A DNA stretch of 64,000 nt, from positions 33,604,001-33,668,000 of the forward strand of contig JAQFVV010000002.1 of NCBI GenBank assembly GCA_028023455.1, given 5' to 3'. Both the position numbers and the translations under genes were made by a program. The DNA is from Epiperipatus broadwayi (Eukaryota > Animalia > Onychophora). This document shows, one piece after another, positions 48,730 through 61,699 of this stretch (position 1 is its first letter; every line of letters begins with the position of its first letter). The notes beneath the pieces are model-generated. The model saw nothing but the letters and a program-made list of their open reading frames with translations. It was not told the origin of the DNA and searched no databases.

Positions 48730-49189
48730 ATATTTTTATTATATTTATTTATAACTTCTCTTTTTTAACTTCATTTTTAAGTTAATATTTTTTATTTATA
48801 TTTTACGGGAAGTAATTTATTTTATATATATATACACTCGTATTTTAATATAACATATAAATTGTTGAATGATTTTTTAAAAAAATATTTAACATTAATT
48901 AATCAATCAGAATCTTCAATAGTTGGTTCTGCAAAATGTTTGTAACAGCCATCAAAAACAATATTGCTGTGCTCAATACGTACATGCACAGGCACACACA
49001 TATAAAATTTGTCAAATAACTCCCCCCAACATTATCGTTTTTCAACAATGCTAATTTATAAATAAAGATAAAGTCTGAATTTTAAACAGGATGACTAAGA
49101 ATTTATCTATTATTCATGGTGTTGAAATTCAGTCTTCATATTTATTTACAAGGTACCATTGCACAAAAAACACACATGAAGTGATTTGA

Positions 49190-50260
49190 TATTTTATGTT
49201 TAAATACTCAGCTAATGATATAGCTCCCTACAGCTAGCCATTCCATCTTACACAATCAATACACATGACCACATATATATTACAAAGATAAATGATCTCC
49301 AATATATTTATTTCATGCTGAACCAGCACTCATCAGTTGGTCCAGATTATCATCTCACACATATATAATCAGTGCTCAGTTTATATTAAGAAAGCAAATC
49401 TTTAAAGTTTAATGAATTGGTTTCAATTTTCTCCATTCTCCAATTCTTCAGCCATCCATATAATTGAACATTTGATGATGGAACACTCAAAGCCCTTGTT
49501 GATACCAATTTTATTGTCATACCCATGCAGACTTGTGCTCATTTAAATATACAGAAGAGGGATGGGTAGAATACAAGCTGAATATTTAATATTTAAACAC
49601 AAATATATTGCCTATGCAAAACTTTATGTAATCAGGAGGGAATTTGAACTCAGACCTCCAAGCTCCCTATAGCTAGTTACTCCTTCTTATATAACCAATA
49701 CACATGATCATTTATATACAATAAAGATAAATGATCTCCAATATACATGTCATGCTAAATCAACACTCATCAGTTGGTCCAGATCATCATTTCCCACACA
49801 CATATATAATCAGTGCTCAGTTTATATTAAGATTGCAAATCTTCAATCTTTAATGGACTGGCATTACTCTTCTCTACCCTCCAACTCTTTGGCCATCCAT
49901 ATCATTGAAAATCTGATGATGGAACATTCATGAGGGATGAGAGTGTTTTAAAGTCAACATGGATGTGGCAATAAAATTGGCATCAACAAGGGATTTGAGT
50001 AGTCCATCATCAGATTGCCAATGACATGAATGTCTGAAGGGTTGGAGGATGGAGAAGATTGAAGTCAGTCCATTTTTCTATTTTAATATAAACTGAACAC
50101 TGATTATATATGCATGTGGCAGATGATCAGACAAACTGATGACTTCTGGGTCAGCATGAAATATGTGGTCATGTGTATCAATTGCATAAAATGGAGTGAA
50201 TGGTTGTAGGGAGCTTGAAAATCAGAGTTCAAATCCCTTCTAATTACATTAAGTTCAGCA
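49190..50260. mobile_element. Family C cluster: two tandem minus copies plus one inverted plus copy
   Basis: HHR cores at 49330-49336 (-), ~49767-49773 (-) and 50136-50142 (+); period ~430 bp. Confidence 0.8.
49293..49351 (-). ncRNA. Hammerhead ribozyme (family C)
   Basis: CCAA CUGAUGA GUGCUG GUU CAGCAU GAAA UAAAUA UA UUGG; AUA cleavage triplet. Confidence 0.8.
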
Positions 50261-51489
50261 TAGACAATTTACTTGTATTTATATGTATATAAAGACATAA
50301 TTGGTTTTTCTAACTACATCAATACTGACTTGATCTTAGTGGAATATTTCAGACTCAGTTTCTTATCCACTATGACAAATTCTTACCAAAACATATCCAT
50401 AATTAAAATGATGGCTTAAACACTGTGTCTTAACATTAATCATAAAAAAATGTACAGAATATGACTTTGAATTTATGCAGTCAATATATTATAATGGTAA
50501 TCATCCTTTTAAACAATGGTAATTGATCAAAATAACAAATATAATAATAAAAAAAACAATATTTACAAATAAAGTTTTAGACTAGAGTAACTATAAACAT
50601 CTAATAAATGATCGAGTACATGATGAAGAAGCTATACAAATTTTAAATTTAATTATCTAATTTATATAGTCACAGATAATGGTCATACTAAACACACATA
50701 CAAAAAACAAGTCCTTATACAGATTCAGCCATATTTCTTGATTTTACCCCACTCCACATTAATACTATTATTAAATAAAAAAATAGTCTACACAGAATTT
50801 GGATGAAAACTAAATATGCAACACATTTATTAATGATAACAATTACTTTAGTTAATAAACAGAATTAGAATAATAAAAAAAATGTATTTACATGTTTACA
50901 TCTAATATTGTATGAAAAGCAGACCTGACAGAAAAAAATCTTTGTTGACTTATAATAATTCAGTAATAAACTAAAGATCAGCCTTTCAAGCTAACGTACG
51001 TGCGCTTTTTACGAATATTAATACTAATAAATGAATACTTTCAAGTTCATATAAGTTCATTTAATTACCTATTAATATCTCCATGAACTCACACTTTATT
51101 ACTTATGAAGGTAGATACATGATTATCAGAGTTATTATTTTAAATGTCTGCAAACAATTTTCTCATATTTTAACTTCTTGTGATGTACTTCCATCAAGGT
51201 TGTTTTCCTATAAAGTTTTTCCAAACATAAAGACCATTGAAATTATGTAGACATATATTAATTCACAGAAGAATATTTGCCTTTGATAATTCATTAGAGG
51301 CTACATTTTCTTATAGCAGGTGTCAACTTATTTTAGCTTCAGATAGTAATTAATATACGGGAAGAATCAAAGTTATTTTTTAAGGCATTCCTTTGCTTAC
51401 AGTTCCTATAGTTAGCTACACCACTGGAAAAATCAGGACAAGGCATTCTGAAGCTTTACACCAGAGATTGCATTATCAATTTAATATAT

Positions 51490-51790
51490 ATGGTATATGA
51501 GCACAGACTTTCACACCACCCACCACTCTTTACACCATCTCATAACACTGATACACTCGAACACATATATGTCAAAAAGATAAATAATCACCAATATATG
51601 TATTTCATGCTAAACCAGCAATCATCAGTTGGTCCAGATTACCATCTCTACATATATATGCTATAAGTGCTCATATATATATATATTAAGATAGCCTAAC
51701 CTTATATTTTAATAGACAGGCTTCAATCTACTCCACACTCCAACTCTTCAACCATCCATCTAATTGAAAATCTGATGATGGAATGCTCAA
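51490..51790 (-). mobile_element. Family C copy with hammerhead
   Basis: Core at 51622-51628; ACCAA...UUGGU helix I. Confidence 0.8.
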
Positions 51791-54032
51791 TTTAAATAAT
51801 CATTACAATTTTGTTTTAATTCCCTTTTATAAGACACTACCACGAAGTAACAACAATTCTCAACTTCTGTGCAAAACAGATGAGCAGAGAGCTTCAGTTA
51901 GTTCTCATAGCAATGTTCTTTTATTATTAAAACAGTTATTTTATTTATAAATAAATAATTATAATAAAATTTTAATCTTTACAACTATTGATTATTTTAA
52001 ATTACTTTATAATTTATTTACATACACGACTTTTTATATCTTAGAATACACAATTTAAAAAATGCACATAAAACCATGCATATAAACTCAGTCATAGAGA
52101 TTACAATATGTTACAACATTTAAGAAAAAGATTATATATATATATATCTCAGATCAGCCATGACCTTTGAAGAATTAAAATAGCAACAACAAAAATTACA
52201 AAAAAAAAAAAACTAATAAAAAAACGAATACAAATTCCTATTCCTTTTCCTTTTAATACCCATATTAGTTTATCATAGTGGTAAAATAATGGACTTCATA
52301 GTTAAAACTGCCTGTCGAGTTTTAGTTCTAAAATGTCACATGACCTCCTAAGTAAATAAATATTCTTTTTTTTTTTTTTTTTATTGAGGAAGGAATGGAA
52401 AAAAAACTGGTAGAATTTAATTTGATTTAAAAATGAAATATTTCTTATAAAAAAAATAAACTTGTGAAATTCACTAAAAATATAAATAGATAAATATATT
52501 TCTAAACACAAAATATAATGTGAAAATAAACAAAAACAAATAAAAAAAATGAAATGCACAAGACAGTCAAAAAGAAATAAATTTATGATTGGAAAATGAA
52601 AGATTGAAACAGTCTTTTTATTATGTTAGAAGCATATTTACAAGAGATAAAAATAAATAAATATGGCAATAATGTGCTTTTTAGAACGTCTCAGATAAAA
52701 AATGTATTTGATGGGGGGGGGGGGAGGTATCTAATTACATTAAAAAAATTCAATAAAAGGATAAAAAACAATTTGTCAAAAGCTTGATATGTACTCTGGA
52801 CCCATCTGAAACTCCTTTCTTTATAAGATTGAAAGTGTATATGAGGCATAGTGTTGATGGAAATTTAATGTTTGATAAAACAGAAAACAAAAATGTATTG
52901 AAGATTTTTTTTTTTACAAAAGGGAGAAGGTTAAAGCATATCACTAATCTACAGATTATATAATGTAAAGGGATTAAAAACATATTAGATTATGATAAAG
53001 CAAATAAAACTTATTGGATAATCAAGAAACTGGCTCTGGTACTTGAAGCTATTTATTTAATTCTTAATTTAAGAAAAGAAATGAATAAGTAATTGAGGGT
53101 ATGCCAGAAAAGGCACTGTGAGAATACAAATCAAAGAAAAAGGACTTTTACCATCTATTAAGTACTAGAATTACTAAAATACCAGGCATACTTTTTATTT
53201 ATTTATATCCTTAGAATATTTTAAAACTGAAAGTAATTCAGTCTTTTAAAAAGTCGTTTTTTATTTTTATTTTTTTTAAAAAAGGTAATTTCCTATTTTA
53301 TTATTTATTAAATTGGAATTATTTTTTATAATAAAATTATATTTAATTATTATTATTATATTTCAAAAATATCCTTTAGAGTTATTTTTTAAGCCTAACT
53401 AATATAATTACTTAAGTAAGGTATAAATAAATCAATTATACTTGTAAACAAATATGCCATTTTAAAAGATTGTATTCTGCAATCTTTTGCAATAAAGGTA
53501 GTAAAAAATCCATTTATGTTGTCATTTACGTTTTAAACCCTTTATATGTTATACCTTTAAAAGAAATTACTATACAAAACATGCAGTTTTATTAGTTTTT
53601 CACATATATATATATATTAGTAAAATTTGATTTTCAGGTGTCAACCTTCTTATTTCCACATTTTTGACCCCATCTACTTCAGATAAATATATAAATGAGT
53701 AATATTCATCATTTACTATGCTAGATATTATCATATCATTTCTAGACTAATTATAAACTTTAAAATCAGGTAGAGATTAATACAAGTGTTTTTATTTTTT
53801 TTTCTCCCCTGTGTATTATTATTTATCTTTTTCAAATATCTGTTGATACGTTTCAAGGACGAGTGGAAAAATGAAAGTTTTAAATATATATATCTAATTA
53901 TTTTAATCATATAATAATAATAACAATTAATTAACATATCATTTTTATTATATAGATATTTTCAAATAGGTAGGAAAATTAGATATTATTTTTTAGCTTT
54001 ACTGGTATTATGATGTTAAAACAATTATACAA

Positions 54033-54131
54033 ACGTTGGTGGTCAAGAGGTCAACACAGCCGCCTTACAAGCAGTTTTCCCGGGTTAGTGGGTTTGCTTC
54101 CTGGCCGATGCTATGACACATGGAAAAAAAA
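54033..54131 (+). mobile_element. tRNA-Gly-derived SINE
   Basis: Full-length match to the consensus. Confidence 0.85.
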
Positions 54132-54179
54132 CAACTTATGATCTTATACACTTATAAATTATTTTACAATAGCCAGATT

Positions 54180-54410
54180 TCCAATGTTCATTAAAAGTAT
54201 GAAGATTGGCTATCTTAATATATATCTGAGCACTTATTGCAAATATGTGTAGAGATGGTAATCTGGACCAACTGATGATTGCTGGTTTGGCATGAAATAT
54301 GTATATTGGTGATTATTTATCTTTTCGACATATATGTGTTCAAGTGTATCAGTGTTATGAAATAGAGTGGAGAGTGGTGGGTCGTGAGAAAGTCTGTGCT
54401 CATATACCCT
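54180..54410 (+). mobile_element. Family C copy with hammerhead
   Basis: ACCAA CUGAUGA UUGCUGGUUUGGCAU GAAA UAUGUA UA UUGGU; core at 54272-54278. Confidence 0.8.
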
Positions 54411-54990
54411 GTATAATATTATATATAATTACTGCCTAAATGCTATACCATTAATAATAAATAAAATAGAATTTTTTTTATAATATTGAATACTAGCAAA
54501 ATAATAAATTTATACTAAAATTCTTTCATGGCCATGACTTCATTTAATAACCAATAAACCTTCTAAGTAAAAATTAACTAAGCATACCCCCCCCCCCTTC
54601 ACATATATATGTATATGAAACAGAAATCAATTCATAATTTATTTCAAAACCACTTTTCTTTAACATCAAAAAAAAATTTATAAGATGGACGGTGTCAAAT
54701 TGAACAATAATTTTCATCAGAGTTTCTTTCACTTATAATCCTTTTTCATGAAATATAACCTCTGTATTGTCAAACAATATTTTACGATTTATAATCGGTT
54801 CATGAACATACAAAAACAAATTATGCTGAGTTGTGATACCAATTTTTATTCTATTCCTATGAATTTTAAGACTTTTATTAAAACTTACTTTGACTTACAC
54901 ACATTTTAGGACAACTGCAAGAAATCTTATAAACTATACCAGAAATTAAATGCTGTTTTTGGGTTGGTATTTTTAGATCAAGTGTCTGAA

Positions 54991-55051
54991 CCTACCCTGA
55001 CATCTCTCTGATGAGTGCCAAAGCACAAAACCATGGTCAGGGGATTGGGGA
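54991..55051 (+). ncRNA. Hammerhead ribozyme with G12-to-A mutation (probably inactive)
   Basis: UCUCU CUGAUGA GUGC CAAA GCAC AAAA CCAUGG UC AGGGG; helix III palindrome ACCAUGGU. Confidence 0.75.
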
Positions 55052-55301
55052 GTGGTTCCTGACAGGGATATTTTAAATGCTTTCTCTGGCTAAGCATTTA
55101 TCACAAAGCTTGTTGAGGAATTGGCAATACTCATTGATTATACCAGAAATACATTCACAATCTAGGGACTGTTTTGAACTATTTAATAATGAATTTAAAT
55201 CAAAACCTTTTTTCTTAGCAACTTTCATACCCCCCCCCCCCAAGTAAATGACTATTCTTATAACCGAATCTATAAATTGAAGACTAAAATGATATGGTCA
55301 A

Positions 55302-55405
55302 GGGTTGTTAGCCAAGAGGTCAGCGCAGCTGCCTTGCAATCAAGTAGTTGTTTGCAGATGGTTGTTGGTTCGCCTCCCGGCCAATGCTATGACATATGGA
55401 AAAAA
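55302..55405 (+). mobile_element. tRNA-Gly-derived SINE (diverged)
   Basis: gccaagaggtcagcgcagctgcc...ggttcgcctcccggccaatgctatgacatatgg followed by an A tail. Confidence 0.75.
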
Positions 55406-56384
55406 TAATAATAAAGATATTAACTCCTTCTTCTCACCCAAACTACTAGATGTCTTATCTGAAGTAAATCGATTTCTAAATCAATTTACTTGTAATTATA
55501 TTGAAATTGGTTATAATTATGAATATATATATATTTAAAATATTATATTTAATAAAAATGCCTACAAGCCTGATTTTAATATAAAAATTTAATGTTGTTG
55601 AGAAAACAAGTTTATTTCTTTATTATTTAAGTCTTTGATGTATAGATTAGCTCACAGGTGGTATGAAAATGGTTTGAAAGAAAGTTTTTATTGGTAACAG
55701 AATTTAAGAGTTATAGCAAAGTTGTTATAACCATTGTACTGCAAAAAAGACAATGAAGACAAGACAATGTGAACAATGAAAGATATAGTTCTCTACAGGT
55801 CATCCTGACCTTACTATATTTTGGTAAGTTCAAAAGGGCTTTATACATTGTAAATATAGATAAATAAGGACTAGAACTACTTATATAAGATAATATACTT
55901 ATAATATATGAAATACAGGCATTCTTCATATACAATAGCAAATTATACTATGTGTAAATATAGCTATATCAGGTTACACAGGTGTATAACTTACCTAGCA
56001 TGTATATATTTAGTTCCAATATGTATGTATATATATATATATATATATATATTGCTGTATAAATAATTAATTATTTGCTTTAAACTAATGTTAAGTTACT
56101 TATTTAGTTATTGAGTCTTCATGTTTCATGTAAATTTCTTTTTCTACTTGGAAAGATTTATATTCATTTGTGCCTATCTCTCAGTTGAGAATATAATACA
56201 GACATTATGTCACTTAGTTACCTGGAACTTAAAACAAAAACAAGTGATTACAATATCACTAAAGCTGAAAAAAGTTGTGATTTTGAGAAACGAAAACCTG
56301 AAACTTCCAACTGTATACTAAATGTTAAGATTAACAATCTTGGAACTTGTTCAAAAATTAAGATCACTAAATTTTCAAGGAATA

Positions 56385-58090
56385 ACATTAGACACTAGAA
56401 AGAATTATATATTCAAAAAGTAACACTAGATAGTCCACTAGAAAGAACAACACATTCAAAGAATAACCCTAGATGAGTCACTAGAAAGAACAATATCTTC
56501 TAAGAACAACACTAGACTGGTCACTAGAAAGAACAACATATTCAAAGAACAATATTAGATGGGCCACTAGGAATAATAAGGATATTCAAAGAACAACATT
56601 AGATGGGCACTAGAAAGAACAACATATTCAAAGAATCATAGTCGACTTAGATGGGCACTAGAAAGAACAATATATTCAAAGAACAACACTAGATGGGCCA
56701 CTAGAAAGAACAACATATTCAAAGAACAATAGTCAACATGACAACAGCATAGACAAAGAACAACACTAGAGAACTCAATAAAAAGAACAACATATTCAAA
56801 GAACATAACGCTATGTGAGCCACTAGAAAGAACAGCATGTTCAAAGAACAACACTAGACTGACCAATAGAAAGAACAACATATTCAATGAACAACACTAG
56901 ATAAGTCTTGAGAAAGAACATATTCAAAGAACAATATTAGATGAGCCACTAAAAAGAACAACATTAGACATGCCAACAACATATTCAATGAACAATACTA
57001 GATAGGCCACTAGCAAGAACAACATATTCAAAGAACAAGGACTAGATGAGTCACTAGAAAGAACAACATATTCAAATAACAATGCTAAACAGGCCAACAA
57101 CATATTCAAATAACAACACTAGATGGGCCACTATATAGAATAACATATTTAAAGAACAACATCTTCAAAGAATAACACTATAGAAAGAACAAAATATTCA
57201 AAGAACAAAATACTAGACAAGAATAACATATTCAAAGATGAATATTATAGAAAGAACAACATATTAAAATAACAACACTAGAGGGCCACTAAAATGAACA
57301 AAATATTCAAAAAGCAACATTAAATAGGCCAATTTAAAGAACAACATTAGAAATAACATGTTCAAAGAATAACACCATAGAAATAACCAAATATTCAAAG
57401 AACAACACTAGACAAAAACAACATATTCAAAGAACAACATATTCATAAACACCTTTACAGAAAAAACAAGCTTTAAAAGAACAACAGTAGAGGGCCACTA
57501 AAATGAACAAAATATTCAAATAACAACACTAAATAGACCACTAGAAAGAACTACATATTCAAATAACAACACTAGACAGGCCGTTAGAATGAACAACATT
57601 TTCAAAAAACAACATTAGGAAGAATAACACTATGGAAAGAACAATACTAGACAATAGCAATACTGTAGAAAGAACAAAATTAGACAAAAACAATACTGTA
57701 GAAAGAACAACATATTCAAAGAACAATACTATAGAAAGAATAATATATTCAAAGAACAACCCTAAATGGGACATTAAAAAGAACAACATATTCAAAGAAA
57801 CACTAGATGGTCCTACTAGCAAAAATAACACATTCAAGGAACACCACTGTAGAAAAAACAACATTATCAAAGAACACTAGACAAACCTCATTTTCAAAGA
57901 ACAACCCAAGACAAACAACATATTCAAAGAACAACATAATCAAAGAAGAACACTCAACAAAGAGCAACATATTGAAAGAACAACACAATCAAAGAACAAC
58001 ACTAGACAAACAATATAATATAATCAGAGAACAATGCTAGACAAACAGCATATTCAAAGAATGACTTATTTAAAGAACAACACAATAAAA
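56385..58090. repeat. ~1.7-kb degenerate tandem array, ~43-bp unit
   Basis: Consensus AACACTAGATGGGCCACTAGAAAGAACAACATATTCAAAGAAC; accounts for the low-complexity ORFs here. Confidence 0.92.
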
Positions 58091-59049
58091 AGAGGAAGAT
58101 AATCAAATAATCACAATAGGTATGTCATAATGACCAGAATATAACACATTTCTTGTCATGACTTTCTTTGCATGAAGAAAAACAGGATTGAATAAATGTT
58201 GATGCAAATATCTTTTATATTTAATTCTTTTTTCATGATTTGGTGCTTAAATATATACTGAAATGAGTTTGAAGTCAAACGAATTTTCTTATACTTCTAC
58301 AGCAGTCAGATACTAATAGCAAAATTACACATTTTAGTGACACTATGTCATGGTTATTTATACATTCTATCAAACAATTTACAAAAGTTTGGAGAAAGTC
58401 TTTAAATATTACTGCTCTGCTCAGTTGACAATAAATCAATCCTGCCATCTATTGTCAACTTCAAAAAACAGAATATATGTTTGTTATATGTTTTGAATAA
58501 AATCAGTGTGCAAATAATTGAGAAAACAAAACTTTATGACTTTGTGGATTCTTTTAATGATGATGGTGACCTAAAAAATGATATCCAAAACTTCTAGCTT
58601 TCTGGAAATGCAGCATTCATGGAGTTTATGAAAGCTTATACTGTAGTTTCTGAAATTACGAAAAGTAACGTTAAAAATCTGTGAATGTATTGACTTTATG
58701 AGTGCAGTTAATAATACAATGTATATTACAGATTTAAAATCACTTGATATAATAATTTATTTATACTAATTCTGAATTTATTACTTTGATTATATAATAT
58801 TTCTTGTTTTGATTTTTTTATTTCACTTCATTTTTTTTTTTTTTTTAAATAAGTGAAAAACGAAAAACTGTTTCATTACTGTAGTTTTTTATATTAATAT
58901 ATTTAATAGAAGTCACAACTTATAGGTGATTCAAACTGAAAATCAATATTTTACAAACATATAAATTCAAGCATATTTCTTCATCATTTTTATACATGAT
59001 AGAATCACTGCCAAATGAAGGTACCCAATCAAAAAACACTTGTCCGATA

Positions 59050-59370
59050 TCATTTTTCTCCACATCACTCCATCAAACTTCTTTATTTCATCCACTGATC
59101 CCATATGTGAACTGTTTGTCTCTCTGTTATCATCTTTTCTACCACTCAACACAGCTTCACTTTAATGTCTTAATTCTTTCAAAGATGACATGATATCTGT
59201 TTGCTCTTTCACTTAAATATTACTTTCCAATTTCTTGTTATTTCTGATATTCACCTCTTCATACTTTGGTGATAGATCTGAAGGTTGTTGGTTTTCTGTT
59301 AAGTGTCCACATCTGGTGACCATATGACAGATATACAACTATTAAAAACCTTCTTTATTTAACATTTAGA
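59050..59370 (-). pseudogene. Degraded RTE 3' region
   Basis: Similar to 35770-36120. Confidence 0.55.
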
Positions 59371-59420
59371 CATTTTATTTCAATACTAATTTATTTTAAT
59401 AAGAAGTTATAATGCACTCT

Positions 59421-59547
59421 ATGGATGAATGAAATGAGAAAGTGTACAGGTGTGATGTGGAGAAGAGAAGCTAAAGATCCGAGAAGATTGATTGAACTTG
59501 GAGACCTTCATCTTGCAGTGTATTGATAATGGTTGATGATGATGATG
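59421..59547 (+). mobile_element. RTE extreme 3' end with (TGA)n tail
   Basis: ggatgaatgaaatgagaaagtg...ccttcatcttgcagtg...gatgatgatg. Confidence 0.85.
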
Positions 59548-59713
59548 CATTTTTATTTATGTGGAGATCACTGATTTTTCTACAGAAAGTGTAACATTTT
59601 CTTCCACCAATTCCACATTTTTTGCTAAAATATTCATGGAAAGACGATTTTGTTTTGGGTTTTCTGTAAAAAAAAATTTTTCAAGTTTTTTTTTTTTTGC
59701 TTTTATATCCCTT

Positions 59714-59912
59714 CTTACCTTCAACTAATAAACTAGTCCAGATTCCATCTCATTTCGATTGGATTGCACATTCATGACCACAGACCAATAAATATATATA
59801 TGAATAGATAAAATATATCCAATAACAAAAACAGGCCAATGGGTGATGATGCTCAGTGAATCAGATCGAGGTAAGATGGAGTCTGGACTAGTCCATTAGT
59901 TGAAGGTAAGTT
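59714..59912. repeat. Imperfect inverted repeat
   Basis: cttaccttcaactaataaactagtccagattccatct versus agatggagtctggactagtccattagttgaaggtaag. Confidence 0.7.
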
Positions 59913-61149
59913 AAGATATACTCCTTACCTTCTTTTTATAAAGAACAACAATAGTGAAAATCATTTTTGCAAGAGTACAAATGTAACCATGTGGTTAAGA
60001 GATGTCTTTTTTTTTTTTTTTTTGGAAAAGACAAAGATGACTAAAGCTAAAATTTTTGTTTCAATTCTTTTAATTTTATGCTCTGTAAAAATAATATGAA
60101 TGATCATAAAAGTATAATAAAGTAATCAAGAATTGAAACAAAAATAAGAATTTTAAGGAAAAGCCAGGGAAGTTTTTGTCTCCCACTGGTGGGAGTAATA
60201 AGTAGCATGAATGTTTTGCTGCCATATTTTTTTAGTTTTTGTTTGGAAGCACAAACTCAAGTCACTCATCTTTGTAAATAAGCTACAATTTACAGAAAAT
60301 GTTTGATTCCACTCAGTTTTGATTTTACTAGTTACATAAAGCAATCATAGGGTAGAAAGTGACCACTGATTCACCCCTGTTGGCATTCTCCCTTCTATAT
60401 TTCTACAGAATAGGAGCATGTCTCCACAATCCCATCTATATTTTTTAGCTGCAAAATATGGCAGCAAAATCATATCAATCCAGATTTCTTTCTAGCTTTC
60501 CTTCAGTGCAATGCTACTAAACCTGACCAGTGAAGATGTTTTGGGTGTGTGTGATCTGTGCCTTTTTTTTTTTTTAAATATGTATAAATTCTTGCATTTG
60601 TATTCGTATTTGTCTTATTCATTTTAATGAAAAAAGAGATCTAATTACTCATTTAAATTTGCAAATTTCATTCTATTGTTTATGAAAATTTCTGAAATTT
60701 GTACGATCTGCCAGAAGTGGTATTTTTCCAATAAACAAAAAACTATTTTCATTTAATGTTTTTTTCTCTCAAAAGTAACCTTTATTAGTCAAAGGATTAC
60801 AAAAAATTATCGAGTACACTTACCCGTGGATGATTACAAAGTGTTCAATGTTACAAGGCAAAACAACTATTGACCAGGTTTACAAAGTATGTACACTCGA
60901 TAACAAATATATCCATAAAACAGTTGTATAGTTTTGTTTAATGTGTATCTATACATGGATGAGCACAGATCTGCAATGCCCAAAAACAATCCATCAAGGG
61001 GGCACAGCAGCCCATTAGAGTGGAAAAGGTGCTGAAAACTTTGACCCTGTACCCTCCCGGCAGATTTTCCAGGTAGCGGCAAAAATCATCACCAATTTTC
61101 ATTTAATGTTTTCTATAAAAGTATACCTGACATACATTAGTTTGTTTAA

Positions 61150-61520
61150 AAACACAAAATTCCAAAAAAATCCCTACTCTGGTTACTTGTTTCTATCTAC
61201 CACTTGGTATTTTTCAGAGATAGTACATTGGTTTCCTAGGTTTCAAAAAGGGTATAGAACTCAGAATTAATTATTATCCTTATTTCACCTAAAAATGTAC
61301 TACCCAAGTTGTATTACATGATTAATTTCACCCTTTGTTGATGCCATCTGTATTAATAAGGTAATAATTGTAATGGCTAATTTCTGTCACTTCATGATTA
61401 TAAAACTTTACTTTTGTCTTCTGAGTCAGTATATAGACAACTACTTTTGTATTTTACCATTTGCCTCTAATACTTCTTCCTTCATTTCAAGTGCTAACTC
61501 TTACAACATTTTTTAAGTTT
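61150..61520 (-). pseudogene. Degraded RTE RT remnant
   Basis: INTDG...GEINH.IQLG-like words. Confidence 0.4.
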
Positions 61521-61560
61521 TGAACTATTATTCACAAAAATCAACTATATCTACATCTAG

Positions 61561-61603
<43 letters not shown>

Positions 61604-61628
61604 TGTATATTTATATATTTTTTTTTTT

Positions 61629-61664
<36 letters not shown>

Positions 61665-61699
61665 AAATCCAAACTCAGACTTTCACATGTTCTGCAAGC

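Larger units (their letters stand above)
47304..48788. mobile_element. 5'-truncated Penelope-like element with a ~610-bp inverted repeat
   Basis: Arms 47304-47914 and 48179-48788 with a 264-bp spacer; RT thumb/linker + GIY-YIG + 3' UTR HHR. Confidence 0.93.
48890..52110. repeat. Longest copy of unclassified repeat family X, interrupted by family C insertions
   Basis: Similarity to 17760-18070 and 6470-8400 resumes on both sides of the insertions at ~49190-50260 and ~51490-51790. Confidence 0.6.

Noticed and set aside
51490-54410. Two similar family C copies in inverted orientation as ends of one large element
   Set aside because: The sequence between and outside them is not mirrored; they appear to be independent insertions.
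54675-54730. Minus-strand CUGAUGA-AAAUU/AAUUU stem-GACA-CCGUC
   Set aside because: GAAA is mutated and helix I does not pair; could be a relic but is unsupported.
56460-57100. CTAGATGA GTCACTA GAAA in the satellite resembling a hammerhead array
   Set aside because: Extra A inside the core, no helix II pairing, no NUH site or helix I, and most units read GATGGG.
57559-58040. Several 60-100 aa ORFs on both strands
   Set aside because: They are translations of the 43-bp satellite.
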